DNA of 64,000 nt, taken from Paraphysomonas bandaiensis. Taxonomy: Eukaryota > Protista > Chrysophyceae. Both the position numbers and the translations under genes were made by a program. This document shows, one piece after another, positions 1 through 14,127 of this stretch. Position 1 is the first letter of the stretch; every line of letters starts with the position of its first letter. Where the stretch lies: positions 124,001 through 188,000 of the forward strand of contig CBFFRP010000352.1 in the NCBI GenBank assembly GCA_965644295.1, written 5' to 3'. The notes under the pieces were generated by a model that saw only the letters and a list, made by a program, of their open reading frames with translations, searched no databases and was not told the origin of the DNA.

Positions 1-782
1 CCTCCAGACTGCGTTCGTGCACTAACTTTATCCCCATAGGGCCATCTACGTCCGCCAGAATGAGGATGCCAAAGTGGTAAAAGCATCACTTGTGGAGTCG
101 CAATTTGAAAGAGTTCAGAAAGAGGGGAAATTTCGTAAAAATGCTCCTAAGGAGCGTACGTATTTCTCAGATGCTGCATGTCTTGGTGACCTGTTTGACA
201 AAATGAAAAAGGGTGCTAATGGAAAGTTACCTCAGAAGCGCTGTTATGCGAGAAATTCCCCTGATACTTTACCCTTTCAATTTACCGCTGGTAAACAACG
301 TATTTCAATTAAGTAGTTTTTTTCAGTTCGCTACCAGCACTACCGTGATTTGGGCGACATTGCTGAATGTCCAAATCGGGGTCATTGGTATTTGATGTAT
401 ATTTCCGTACTATGCCGTCTAACTGCAGTTTCACAATAGCAGTGCGAAGTAAATCGTATTGCTTTTAATATGAGCAATGCATAGATTGCAGTAAAGATTG
501 CACCATGCTTATATGTAAACATTTCATAATGTTTTGCGATTGCATAATGTATGTATCGAGTAATAAGAAGAATATGTATAACATAATAATTTCAAACGAC
601 GGCGATTAACAGAGTCGCGATTTATTAACATTCATCATAATGTCTAGTTTTTCTGTTTGAGAGCAATTAAGGGCTGAAGTTCAAAGGTATTTGAAATATG
701 ACTGTTAATAGAAGAATACAGAAGTGGTTAACTGCATATAAGAACTAAGAAAGTCATTACAGAAATCATAGGGGATATATTA

Positions 783-1164
783 TTCAACCTAGTCAATTTG
801 GTGGAATTTCCTAGTCATTCCATTTTCGGTGTAAAAACCTAGTCAAAGCCATAAATGACTCAACCTAGCCAATTATAGTATTAAACCTAGTCGTTCTTAT
901 GTCCATTGATTACACATTGCGACTGTCTAAGATATGCGCACACACCACACAACATATTGATGGCTCGTAGAGCATCACAACAAACATAACAATTCGTTCA
1001 TATCTACATAACAGTGTATGTGTATGTATATGCAGCATATCTGTATAGCTTATTAGTGTACGATGGGTCTCTTATTAGCGTTATGAGGAAGAGGAGTGGT
1101 CAGTGTAGCTGTGCTGTGGACATACCCCCATGAATATACGTACCACCAAATTGACTAGGTCGAA
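783..1164. repeat. Inverted-repeat-bounded segment with internal CCTAGTC motifs (possible MITE or transposon end)
   Basis: Perfect 18-bp inverted pair ACCTAGTCAATTTGGTGG (787-804) / CCACCAAATTGACTAGGT (1143-1160). About five CCTAG(T/C)C copies within 787-893. No TSD recognised. Confidence 0.45.
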
Positions 1165-1647
1165 AAATAGATCCCAAATCATAGCAGTGAACCTGAAATA
1201 TATAATACATTGACCGTATAAGATCGCGATATATCTAAGATGGTATGGAAATGATTGGTAGTTAAGACAACATGAATTTAGCGATTGACAGTGAATGATA
1301 AGTGATGTTGATCATATTTTACTATGGTTTTACTAATTTATAATCTCAGCATAGAGTGAAAGTCTTGTTCAGTTATGTGAATTTCTAACTTTCAACACAT
1401 CAAATAATCTACAAAATATTAAAACCAGAATGTTGTCATCTTTCCACTAACACCTGAAATATATGTACAATACACTTGTAGCTACAACGGTTCAGTGAAA
1501 TCACGTTTGGATTGGACTACAATAGGGAGGTCAGCCCGCTTATATGAATCTACATTATCTGAAACGCAAACACCAAGACGAATCGAGGTCGTTTGAGAAA
1601 AGTTGTCTGCCTTGTGAATATTATAGTACACACTACTACGTCCTACA

Positions 1648-2322
1648 TTACAAGTCTTGTTTCCATGGCTTTCCAGGTTCAGGGTAATCTTTAACTAGCT
1701 GTCTGGTGAACGTATGACTTATAGCAGAAACAGCATATTTCGAGAGCAGATCATAATAAAGCCTCGAAAAATCGACAGCTGGTTCCATATCCGTCGTTGT
1801 GTATCTCTTTCTGTATAATTTCAAAGCGGTGTCAATATTACCAGATTTATTTGGTGCATGAATTGCATAGAATTGTCTTAAAGCAGCCACATAGTGGCTA
1901 TGGACATTTTCGGTCTCAATACACATACAGTGCTTGTCCTGAAATTCCTGATAATCTTCTAATCCAGAAGTAATTGCTCCCAAGTAAAGCGTTTCAGAAG
2001 ATGACTCACATTGTTGAGAGTGTCCTATTGTAGACTGGCACAATTTATGTAAACAGATTTTAAAGTCCTCATCACAGGATATTTTTGGCATTCCGCACAC
2101 ACGGTAACAAGCATTGTGACGATCACAGCAATATGTATAGTCATCAATCCCTGGAATTGTTTTTATACCCGTTTGAACGCAACCCTGAGATAAGATCTTA
2201 GCATTAGTGTTCTGGACGGGATGTTCATTAGGCGCACAATCATACGTCGCAGAGCATTGATACGGCCGCAAAATCAGCACAAAGAGTAAAGTACATAGAG
2301 TCACCGGTGTCAACCCTTCCAT
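1648..2322 (-). CDS. Secreted phospholipase A2-like protein (group XII-like)
   Basis: Signal-peptide-like N-terminus; Cys-rich CCDRHNACYRVCG...CDEDFKICL resembling the sPLA2 CCxxHDxCY motif; C-terminal KQDL. First ATG at 2322 (the ORF track starts at a TTG). Confidence 0.75.
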   Translation of the reverse strand: MEGLTPVTLCTLLFVLILRPYQCSATYDCAPNEHPVQNTNAKILSQGCVQTGIKTIPGIDDYTYCCDRHNACYRVCGMPKISCDEDFKICLHKLCQSTIGHSQQCESSSETLYLGAITSGLEDYQEFQDKHCMCIETENVHSHYVAALRQFYAIHAPNKSGNIDTALKLYRKRYTTTDMEPAVDFSRLYYDLLSKYAVSAISHTFTRQLVKDYPEPGKPWKQDL

Positions 2323-4889
2323 TTTCAATCAGCGTGATCGCGGTGGCATGCTTGTAGAGAGTAATCGATGGTGTGATGCACATCTCGCTCTGATTCTTCT
2401 AGAGGTACAACTGTGGCACTGTACACAGTATTCCTGTCTACGTACTTTATGTATACCTCTGTAGTCCCTATCTATCTACATGGACCTCCCTCTCTGCTGC
2501 TGTATAGATACTCTATATGGGAGGATAGTATCTGATGGGGAGTACTATGTGGATCTCTTAATCGAAATGACGGGAGCTCAGCTCTATCTGAATCTTCAAT
2601 TAGCTGTGAGAGAGTACCTGTTATATGGTGAGGGTACTGTGTCAGTATACCTCGCTCGTAGAGTATACTAATCAAGTCCGCTGCAACCCCTGTCCTCTAT
2701 GATGTATGTAGAACACACACCCTGTTTTATTTTTGTGCAGCACACCAATGATGAAGGGATTAACTTTCAGGAGTTGGAGTAGGAATAAAGAGAAACGAAA
2801 TCTCGGTAGCACCACTCCAGAGAATACCTGCATCGGGAAATAACCATGTGGATTGCTTCAAGTATGCTCAAAATAGTTGCTTTGAGGAAAGTGAGAATGG
2901 AGCATTTTATGCTAGAAGTTCGTGGATCCACTAAAAGTTGCGTACGATAATGAGTTTTAAAATGTGCAATCCTTGGCTCCCATATGGCTGGAATAACTAC
3001 TTGTTATGGGTCTCTATCTGGGCGACTAGAGGACTGGTTATAAAGCTAGCAAGTATACCTTCATTGACTTTCAACCGCGATCCATGGACTACAGAATGTA
3101 CCAAGGTTGTTAGTACGTATGAGGAGAAACCGTACTCTCCCCGGCATGTAATTCCTTGTCGGTATATTCGTAGATATGAATGCGGGTACTGATGATGATA
3201 CCAGTGCAGTACAATAGTGAATAACTTTTGGATTGAGTGTGAATAATCTGGTAAAGTGAGAATGGAGATATATATATGTGATTGTGACGTCGTACTATAT
3301 GATCTCTTTCGTGTCAGGCTTCGCTCAATCTTGTTTCTTCACTTATGTAATGTCATAAATATGCTTTATCTCTATACACTTGCATGTAGGTGATTATGCA
3401 TTGTTGATGAAATAATTAATATTATTAAACTAGATATAAGTTTCTTTTTTCAACATTGGTTCTCTTGTAACATGTAATCCCTTGTAAAAAGGAATTTATA
3501 GCTTGAATATCACTTAAATAATCCCTAATGAATACAAGCTCTATATACTTGATTCTATGTGTCACAGTGCACCAATTTCAGCTATTAATCGGAAACCATA
3601 TCTGGCAATTCGAATATTCAAGTTTATTCTTCAACTAGCACTACTCTACTTTGCAAATGGACTAAGTATTCACCCTTTGAAAATTGTGTTTTGATTGCAC
3701 AGGTGTATATCGAGGTGTAGTCTTTTGTGTGTGTGTCACACTGTGATTTTTACTGCGTATTCGACTCTGTGTATAATAGAATCTAAAGAAGATTAGAGTA
3801 TTGTATAAATATTTTTAATTTTGTATCTTTACATTAGAGTACAACTTTATTTTGGTATTCTACAGATGAAAAAGTGGTTATTTTGTGCAACAATATAGGC
3901 TCTGAAATTAGTAGCACCTGGATGCACTAGGCGTTGTATAGATCTAAAGACTGCTGACATCAACAAAGAAAATATGATATATAAAGTAATTACAAAAAAT
4001 GAAGTATTAATACACAATACTATCTCACTCCAACATGATATTGATGACTCCAACGCGATATCGAATGTGTGTACGTGCAGTTAGATAAATTACTTCACAA
4101 AGATATATATCACAGATATATATCAATTATTTTAGTACATTGCATTTCATTTGTATTATACTTGTAGGATCTTTATACCACCATTGATAAATACTGTTTC
4201 GAACATAGGGGAAAACTTTGGTGGCCGCACGGCTCTCATACCAAACGATGGAAGGAATTAACCGTGAGTACAAATGGTTGTCGTACTGATTGTGCGTCAT
4301 TTAACCGACACTTTATTCCAATAATAGATGACTCGCCCAACACATTGGTTAAATATAGTTGAGTCAGCAGTAATGCCATCGTGTTATCTACCAACTATAG
4401 TCTAGGACGAAACGGAGAATAAGTTATACATATGTTGTTCTTGTCATTGTCATGTGATAGAAGCGGACAGCTTCCAAACCTCTACCGTACTATACTGGGT
4501 CCCACCATATTGAAAGTATGGCGGAAACGAGACAAATCCTTTGCTGCATATGAGAGAGATGCCAGTCTTGTTTATGTGCTTTGGCATCACCTAAAATATT
4601 TTCGACAAATGAACATTGAGAATTTTATTTATCCGGCATCTGATTGGGTGAAATGTGATTGGTGTAGTGGGGCTGGTAGTTCTGATTGTCCCATTCTCTC
4701 TGTGTATTTTATGCTGTATACGAACCACTGAAATAATCAACTTCTGTATGAAGTCTTCTGAAGTGTGATGCTTATATAGAGACATACTGTACATAGCAAC
4801 TGTACCGTGTGTTGTTGTTATATATATGAGCCAGCTGTCTGTATTCATCTAAGATAAATCAGTGAGCCTCTATTCATTGTACGATAATA

Positions 4890-7065
4890 ATGTGGCGTAA
4901 TAGTTTGTTTCGAGCAAGGAAGTGTTTCAATGTGAAGTACTCTCATACATCTGTACGCAGGGTGATGAATGGATTAATTGAACCTATAGATATCAAACAA
5001 CAGTGTCGTGATATCATTATGAAATGTCATCCGGAAGACGTCTCTCTGTTAACGAAGACCATATGTACGATCCTGCAGAATCACAGGAACAGGAGGGTTA
5101 TACTCTCAAGCGTATCGTTTAGAGCTACTAATGAATTGAAAGTTTTATTAAAATGGTTATTTGATCAAATAGAGAGCGGGAAAATTACATCTCCTCCGTC
5201 AATAGATAATCCCGATTTGGATAGGAAAGTAAGGGGCCGATTCATGAAGGTCTATCTAGAGTTCTACAAAGTGCATGGTGCACAACCCGAAGACATGCTT
5301 GATGATGGTTTAGAATCAATTAGACTGCCGAAAGAACTTAGAAACAGTATTCAGGATGCAATATCGCAAATTCCTACACAACTATTAGTCGATCTTACAG
5401 TGTTCGTAAAAAATTTTAATTTTGCTGCACAACGAGTATCCCAAGATGCCGACAACACAGTCGAAATGGAAAAATTGGAAAGCTTGGTGACAGATATAAT
5501 CGATACTTCTGCATACCATCTCCCATCTGTTAAGCCTATTTTAGATACTATGCCATTATCGTCTACCGGAAGCCAATATCTATATGTCAGATTTAGATCT
5601 CAAAAGCGGCAGCAAATTGAAGCCACAGTTAACAAGTTTGAGGGCCTAATTCACAAGTGGGTTTTATGTAAGGATTTTTTGTTGTAAGTTAACATCAATA
5701 TTTCTACAGATTTCACGGTAAAGTACCACAGTGGTTGGAAGATGAACGAACTTCAAGTACTGATTCGAGTCAGGCACGTACCAAACTATACGGTTCGAAC
5801 TACAAGCACTACGTGAGGGTAGACGCCCATCCAAGAATGATATATAGCGCTCTAGAACGATGCCGCATGGAGGAGCTGGACAATGAGGTAGAACCCAGAA
5901 TTCAACCTCCTGAAGTTGTGACATCTGAATCTTCTTCTGACACTCTTGTTGCCCAACCTTCGTACCTCAAGAACGTTGGAGACATTCCGAATGAAGTTTT
6001 GGAGGCATCGACGGAAACGGAGTTGAGTGCATACACCTACTCTGAGTTCAACGAGAATGCCGAAGATCCTAAATCCGTAACGCGATCTGGTAAAGGAATC
6101 CGGTTGGAACGCACACTACACTCCATGTATCACCCAGATGCCCCTTCTGTTGAGGCCATAAACGACAACTGGGAATCATATGTTGAGGACGACATGCTCA
6201 GCGCAACATCATCTGAAAATAAATTACTGGTGGATAATCTCCCCCCGCGTATCAAATCAGCTGAATTGAAATTTGCTTTCAGAAGAATGGGAAGAGTTAA
6301 ATTCATAAAGATATTTCACACCAATAAGTTTGAAGCTAATGTTCCCATCCTCCCAAGTAATATACAGAAAGTGAACAGGGGTGCGAAAACAATGTCGCAA
6401 GTGAAAAAGGTTAGCAATTACTAGACATCCTGTATACTCAAATCATACATGTGTTGTCACGTCACAGATTATGAGGTCGGACTCTTATGCATTCATAGTG
6501 CTAGACAGTGCTGAGGCTAATGAAATTGCAACGAGAGAAGATATTCAGATATTCGGCCTGTGCTTGGAGGTGTGTATTATTTTTACCTGGGTATGTTGTA
6601 GTAAGCATGCTGATAGGGGTACCGCTGCGGGGTCTTTCAAGCTCGAACGAGAAAAACATTAGTGATAGAACTAACTAAGCCCGCATCAACTCAGCGGTGG
6701 ATCGAAACGCTCAGGTATATAGTCGATTTATTGCCAGATGATAAGATAAGAGTGTTCACAGCAACTGCCTTGGGAGTGATTTTGATATCACCTACGATTC
6801 CTCTCACAATAATGTCAGACCATCCTTCATTCAAATGGATTTCTTGACGCATGAGGATGCGTGGAAGGCATTTTTATTACTGGAACTAGCATCACAGGAG
6901 AGTGATTTAAATTTTTCTGTTGGCTGGACAAAAACGACCTGGTTTTATCACCTTGCAGTCAAAGCCCGTGAGCGGCGGCGAAACTCGAAAGCATATCTTG
7001 CAAGAATGGCTGATGAGAATGTTAAGCAGAATAAGATGTCCAGTAACAGTGAAACTGGAAGTTAA
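4890..7065 (+). CDS. Multi-exon RRM-containing protein, possible mitochondrial presequence
   Basis: Successive ORFs 4890-5687, 5735-6424, 6471-, 6835-7065 joined by short GT-AG introns. RNP2-like LLVDNLPP and RNP1-like SYAFIVL. Arg-rich, acid-free N-terminus. Confidence 0.6.
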
Positions 7066-7350
7066 TATTATCTGTATGATTGCAGTTGGTGTAATCATAT
7101 ACTTTGCAGATGTTATACAGTTGTGTGCCTGTAATTTTTATCAAATGAAATATTGCTCGTTACCTTCACAGTTTTTGTTGTTGCTTTTAATAGCTTAGAT
7201 ATATAATGCTGATAGTTTGTAGTGCTATGTAGTTTTCAATCGTCAGGGTGTTTCTATAACCACACTATCCTTAATTTTGTCAGATTTACTAATCACCTTT
7301 CATGTAAAATAACCTGGCTGTGTATACCCGATATTTAACCGGATATGTAT

Positions 7351-7713
7351 ACAAAACCGGACTCGCGCACCTTTTCGTGGTGTTTTCTAGGGGATAAATA
7401 CCGAAGGTATTTCCCGGGAAGCTATCGTGAGCCGCATATTATATATAGTCAGCAGATTTTGTTCTGTCCACTCAAATATTAAAATGCTTGTGCAGTACAA
7501 GGGACACTAATAAGAGGTGTCACTTTGGTAGACGATAAACAGGCATCTGGGAATGGGCTCACCTCAAGTGCATCCAGGGTATTGGGCTGCCTGCTGAAGT
7601 CAAGCATCCGGGCTGTTCACCTGAAGGACTCAAAAATCCTGAAGTTCGCAGATGTCAGGTACATCAACATTCTGTGTGCTCACTGCATTTTCTTTGAGCA
7701 ATAGAGCGAAGTG
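7351..7713 (+). mobile_element. SINE-like structured repeat, copy 1 (head and body, tail missing)
   Basis: Aligns by eye to 20495-20850 (GGACTCGC..CACCTTTTCGTGGTG..GTGAGCCGC..GCTTGTG..TACAAGGGACACTAATAAG..CCTGAAGGA..GCAGATGTCAGGTA..GAGCGAAGTG). Confidence 0.8.
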
Positions 7714-8106
7714 TTTTTTTACATGAATTGAGTTCAACGAAACGCTCATATTACAAGCGGCGTCGTACAATATTCATCATCATACTTATGTACAAATTTT
7801 GATACCTCACAGTTGCTATTCTCTCAGTATCCTTCTGTGGTAGGGGTACATTGGTTGAAGCTATTATTGTTGAAATAAAAAGTATTTTCCCGCGCTCAGA
7901 CGAGGACTGTCGTTAAATATAAATATACTTTGACAGTTTTACACCAAAGTTACTGTCACTACTGGGTTGAATAATATTTCACGAAATCTGTAGATCATGT
8001 ATACTATCAATACAACATACTCTGATATATATGACAGTATCAGATTTGATTCTATGCAATAACCACTCGTGTTGGTGGGTCGTTCACTGATCATGGCGTA
8101 TGATTA

Positions 8107-9482
8107 GAACGTAGAACACAAGAGATCAAAGCAACTGGACCTACACTGACTACGGCATTTATATAGCTGACGCCGCCGCCAGTGGCGATTGGAAGACACT
8201 AGACAGAGTGCTCGGAGCCTCCAACTACAGTGTTGTCACAACTGACGCTACGCACATTCTTCACCACGGGTCAATGGCACTGGCGAAGATACGATACACA
8301 CCTCCTCACAGACCTCGGTCCCATGCTAGGAAACGTCACAGATCTCCACCACCAGTGGGACCTCCATCAATACACCCTCCGACGAGATAGCATGTACGCT
8401 GCGCAAACGCAGCGGAACAAGGCTCCCACACAAGCTCCATCCTCTCCGTACCCATAACTCCTCCAAACACTACATCTCCCTCGCAGAGCGTATACGCGAG
8501 ACGGCATACGTATGGGACAAATCCTACGCGATGGGAAGAAACCGGGCCAAAGGAAGAACTGGGCATGATCACACAACGGCTTCCACATGCACAGATTGTA
8601 TATACCCCACAGACAACATGGCGCACATGCTTCTAACCTGCACTCACCCTGACATCATTCACATACGTGAAGATGTCCACCAAGCACACCACAATAAGCT
8701 TGTTGACAAACTTCGCACATGCACGCTCCCCCATCCCTGGTTTTACACCGCCATAATCAAACTAGCCAAAGCCGCATGGAACTCAAACACCCCCCAGGTT
8801 GAGCGCTACTGGACCGGTCACATTACTGCCACACAATTGGCCGACGCATTCGGACGCCATATATCCAGCTCACTGCTCGAGCATCAGTTTCACGCCCTCA
8901 AAAAATCCATCACCTCTATCCTGCTCCCCCTATATGATGGAGGGCTCCGCATGCTTCGAAATAGGGGACTCAGACACCACAACGCAGACACGGCACCGGC
9001 AACACCAGTCACGACACACTCACAGCAACGCCAGTCCCAGGATACTCACCCGACACCAAAAATACTCCAGCTACTCCAGGCGACATCCACCCCAAGAATT
9101 ATACCCTCTGCAAGAGTCCAAACCCGACAGAGGCAAGCGCAACCACTCCGGAAACAACTCCTCCTTACTTGCGGCCGAAACCCCACCTCCACAACCAGCA
9201 CCATCTCCACCACCGACTTACACTCTCATATACATCTCGCCCCATTCACCCCTCACATAATCCATGGCACAGGCCCGCCAGACACATTGCCCAAAGGTAG
9301 ACCCCCTGACTAACCTCATTACAAGGGACGGTTGCACCATGGTGCTCGAGGCGATGCACAAGCAGTCCCGAGACGGTTGCCCGCCACTAGTAGTATATAG
9401 CAAATCCAGTTATTAGTTAGTCTATAGATATAAACTAGTTTCTGTACACAACCGTTCTCATGTAATAATCAGGCTTTCCTAT
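8107..9482 (+). mobile_element. 5'-truncated, frameshifted non-LTR retrotransposon (relative of the 49-56 kb element) with 14-bp TSD
   Basis: Translates to GIYIADAAA..DW..LDRVLG, GQWHWR, GRNRAK, CTDC..HMLLTC, PQVERYWTG, PKGRPPD*, all matching the C-terminus of ORF 49049-55999. 3' UTR GGTTGCACCATGGTGCT..GCACAAGCAG. Flanked by direct repeat ATGGCGTATGATTA at 8093-8106 and 9483-9496. Confidence 0.9.
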
Positions 9483-9705
9483 ATGGCGTATGATTAATAG
9501 AAAGTATTCAGTCGTATAGCTTTACTTGTTTCTCGTATGACTTTGAACTAACTTCTGCTCCCTCTTGAAATGAGTTAACATAAATCATTTTATATATCAG
9601 TACTACAAAAAGATTTTAGCTTGCATTCAAATGACGAAGGGTCAGAGCAAATAAAAGAGAACAAGATATATCAAGTGAACATCATTGTAATTGTAATATC
9701 GAGAC

Positions 9706-9878
9706 CGAAGGTGGTTGCACCTTGCTTGGTGCTTGCGGTGATGCACAAGCAGCCAGCTTTTGTAGCGTTAAATAGTAGGATATCAGAGTTAAGTGCTAGT
9801 TAGTTAAATTGTAATGCTACAAGTTCTGACTTTCTTACACACCTATGCTAATAATAAGACATTCACTATTCACTGCTA
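9706..9878 (+). mobile_element. LINE/SINE 3'-tail-only copy
   Basis: GGTGGTTGCACCTTG..GGTGCTTGCGGTGATGCACAAGCAG..CGTTAAATAGTAGGATA..TAATAATAAGACATTCACTA matches 56058-56243 and 20845-20966. Confidence 0.8.
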
Positions 9879-10093
9879 TTGCAAATCAGAGCCCTCGCAC
9901 ACACACCAGCACATTTCATATGTGCTTAAAGTGATTTAGAATTCTAAAGATATTACAAGGACAAAGTATTACGAGAAATTCTGTTCAACACCAATGGTGT
10001 GTCAACTTTATATCAAATACAAACAATATATATAAAAAATCGACAAACGAATGTAACACTTGCACTTGTCGTCAATTAAGGGAGACCGTACCG

Positions 10094-13000
10094 TTACTTC
10101 ATCGCCGATATCCACATCTTGTCCAGCAGCTGTGCAGTTGCAAAATCTGAATTATATGATTTCAACAATATAGTGGTCTGGATTCCTGCGTTTCTCAATT
10201 TCGGATATAGATACTTTATGCGCCATCTCAATTTATCGTCTGTGTCAGAAGGTGTGCCATCAGTTTTAGTCGTATCACATAATATATCAGATGGAGAAGT
10301 GGAAGACAAGGAAACCGTTTTGCGTTCGCACTCTCCGTTTTCAACAAGTCGCCTCATGAGCTCCTCTTTTCCCTCACTAAAATACGCATTAGACCATCCG
10401 TCGTGGTATTCACAATGCAGCTCGTCCCCGCTACCATTGCAGCCTTTGCTTACAGGGAAACTAAAGCACTGACAAGCTCCAGAAAGTATATCCTGATTAC
10501 AGTGATTTCATACCAGGTAAAACTATCGACAATGCCCTACTTACCTCACGAAGGGATGACAATGTGGCAGTCGCTTTTTCTACCTCTTCCTTCAATTCTT
10601 CGAGCGAGCTGTTGATCACTGACTTTTCATTGGCAAACTTCCACCTGAGCAATCAATATAAATATGGGTAGTTAGTAGAGTTCTAAACTCTACACCTGTT
10701 TACTCCAAACAGCTCTTTAAACCTTATCTTGAATAACAAAATGCATTCTATTGCTAGAGAACTCAATCTTGACTGTTCCGCTTGGCTTACAGACAAATTG
10801 TTGTCAACATCTGTAGTATCAGTTGTGGTGGCATTTTCAGCTGATCCTGAGCTCTCTCTAAAAGTAACTTCATTCGAAAGGGGATGTTTATTTAAACTAC
10901 AAAGTCCGCTGGTGAAATATGTATATCTGAAACATTAAGATACACATCACAACAGGTAATATCCAACACAAAATTCTTACCGTGTCAGTCGCACAAGTGC
11001 TTCTTGATGTAGTCTGGATCGAGTGGTGCACAGCTGCTGCAAGAGATGAAATTGTATAACCAGTGGTAAAACACTGAGTTCATTGCTTTGTATGAAATCC
11101 AGGACAATGGGATCAACAGTCCAGTTACGCCGCAGAAAGTCAACAAAAAATATCGTACAGTTAATTCTAGTCTCATCATCTGCCTCGAGCCACTCCTTGG
11201 CCTAAAACGTAACGTTATACTGGAGTAGAGAAAAGAAGACAAACCTCTAGTACGGCAGACAGTTCTAGCTCAACGGCTCGAGCAAGCGAAGAGCTGTGAA
11301 CTAGTTCTGAATGTGCAGTATGTATATCTGCGCTGTGTGCTGCCGGTCCGAAGTCAATATACGACCCGAATGGAGAACGGTCCATCATCACTTCATCACA
11401 TCCAGCCTGTCGCAGCTGTTCCACGAGACACTGTAGGTCAGACAGATCGGAAGATTCAGCCAGATAGCCTGCCAGTGCACAGGAATTGATGAATGAGTGT
11501 GCAAACCTCCACCAGGATTGGATCCAACGCTGTTGTAGTAGTGTGACATGTCCAGATCCCCAGCTTAAACCCACTTCTAGATGAAGCTTATCGGGCATTA
11601 TGCCACGGTTACTTCGACTTCCAAATAACATGAGTCGAGGTATACATGGCTCTATCCCTGTCACACCTCCTCAAATCATGCATGTATTGCTAATTTTATT
11701 ACCTGGACGAAGATCGGAACGTTCGTTATACACGCACTCTATCCACGTGCTATTCAGCCGATAGAGTACAATGATCCAATCTACCATGACTAATATTACG
11801 TTCGCCCTCTCCTGCTTACTCTCTGGTATAGGAATACCACTCCAAATGTTTACCAGAGAGTGAGGGAGGTCGGGAAAAGGGTGCTTGGTAAGATGCATTA
11901 AAAAGCACCACTGCAATTGGGCTGGTAGCACCTTCAACCTATCCGAAACCTCTTGTGCAAGACAGGGGTCGCCGCAAACCTTATTCGCACTCTGCATAAG
12001 TTTTTCAAGCTCCGCAGACAGCATCGCCGGACCGTTATCAAAACCGACGAACTTTTTCGGAACAAGATAGTCTGGAGAGGGGTCAGGCACTAGCAACAGC
12101 AGCGGCAAGTCATTCGGACTAAGTCTTTGGGGCTTATGCTGCAGGCCGCGCTTCTTCTTCTTTTTACTCGTCCCTAACATACCCGTTGGCATAGCTTCAT
12201 CAGCAGCTGGTACCAAGTTGGCAAGCATAGTGAGCTCCCGTCTTATCTGTGCACAGTGGATTCTGCCAAAACGCCTATCTTGTTGTACATGAGTGCACCA
12301 CCGCCAACGTAACACCATTGACGAAAGGTGATAAAATCGGAACTGCCACTTACATGCTGACCACAGCCCTATTATGAACAATAACAAAGGCAATGCTACA
12401 CTAGTCAGATTACACCTGTGTCTGCATCATACTTCCTCCTCTCCCATATGCGATCCCGGACTGTGTCAAATTCTGTCCACTGCTTGGCCACCTCCTCCTT
12501 CTGTATGCATTCAGGTTTTGGCCACTCTTCGCCCGTAAACTTTTCATCGTATCTCCTCTTCGGATACCGAACCCTTGGTATAATTCTGTCCAGTGCTTCA
12601 GTGTCTGATAAGGCAAGAGCGCAGAAGAAGCGGGTAGCACAGAATATATTCCGAATAGACTTGTAGTAAGCTCCCCGACGCACTGGGTCGAGAGAATGCA
12701 TTGTCCCGTCCCCCACAAGATAGTTTAGAACAAGGTAGCGAATAGGCAGACACATAGTATCCAGTTCCGGCAAGAAACCCAGCACGTACTCCTGCACATC
12801 CGGTGGTTCCCTATCCAGAAATAGTTCTAACTGGCTCGACCACACCTATCCTAAAAAGTCAGCCCAATCCAAATACACCTACACCAATACACATTACCTT
12901 ACATCTTGCGTTCATGAACGCAGAAAAATCCAAGTTCGAGGAGAGGATTGGTTTAGCCTCAAAAGATGACATATCTATTACCACCTCCGTCTCTGTGGGC

Positions 13001-14048
13001 TTGTATAAGGGAGCAGTATCTTCAAGAGCAATCCTCAAAAATCGCCCCCGGCACTCGATTTTATGGCCTGTTGATTCAGAGTCTATTCCAACCCCTATGT
13101 ACTCGCACACCCTAAAGAAACAGATCAAAATCATCCTGCAGCACCAGCGATATTCATATATTTCACCTCACCTTCGCATGTCTATTAATCTCGGGCCCAG
13201 AAGAGTATCCAGGACCTCATCTTCATTCCCTTGGGCTATAAAGGCGGCATTCTGAAAGGACCGGGCAAGAGAATCAAAAAACAATTGCCAATGCGCAGAC
13301 TGTGGGTTATCTGGGACCACGTGCTGCACCACACTTGCGCTCTTTCGCGTTTCCTGACCGGTTCCATTCTTCTGAGGACACATCGCAAACGCCGATTCTG
13401 GATGCACTATACGAATAAACACTGGTGACTGAGTGAAAAAGTATTAGTCATCAAGAATTTCAAACCTAAGGCGGTTTTAAGGCAGCGCAAAGGTTCTCCA
13501 AGAACAGCTTTGCTGTCTGCTTCCGAATTGCCTCTTAGTGATGCACCAACTGACAGAAGCGGTTTACAATAACTTTCCAAATGAGAAGATATCTCGATAG
13601 TATCCAACAGCCTCTCTATTCCTTCCCCTATATCAGCTATCATGAAATTATCAGGACTCTTCTTTGATTTTTCAGAGAGAATGCGCTGTAAGTCACCCTT
13701 TATAAGGTCCATAACACACGAGCACCACCCACAGTGTAATGCCGTTAACAATCTCTCCATACGAACATATACATCTTCAGATATGAACGGATACTGTTTT
13801 CTTATGCGTGATAAGAAGTGAGTGACTCGACTGGCATTAAGATTATAGTCCAGAGTGCTCTTGTCTGATATACATAATACAGAGAACGAGTCAGGAGATA
13901 AATAAGACTCAAAGTACAGATGATATGACGGGGATCCTGGAGACAGTGACATAGGGAGAAAAGAGCGGTGCGATATGATGTAGATATTAAATCTAATATC
14001 AGGTACGCTTAAAGTGGATATTCCGTCAATTGTTAATAAGCTGTCCAC
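10094..14048 (-). CDS. Large multi-exon hypothetical protein
   Basis: Chain of collinear minus-strand ORFs (13407-14048, 13168-13422, 12859-13134, 12405-12845, 11671-12393, 11215-11664, 10985-11242, 10094-10357) separated by intron-like gaps. No domain recognised. First in-frame ATG at 13952, so the true start is uncertain. Confidence 0.55.
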
Positions 14049-14127
14049 TCTGTATGGTTAAATGTTGTTCAAAAAGAAAAAATAATATGCTTTATATTAC
14101 ATAAATTGTGTTATCAGCACCAGAGAA

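Noticed and set aside
74-316. 80-aa ORF at the window start
   Set aside because: No recognisable domain and no ATG start; may be the tail of an upstream gene or element but cannot be supported.
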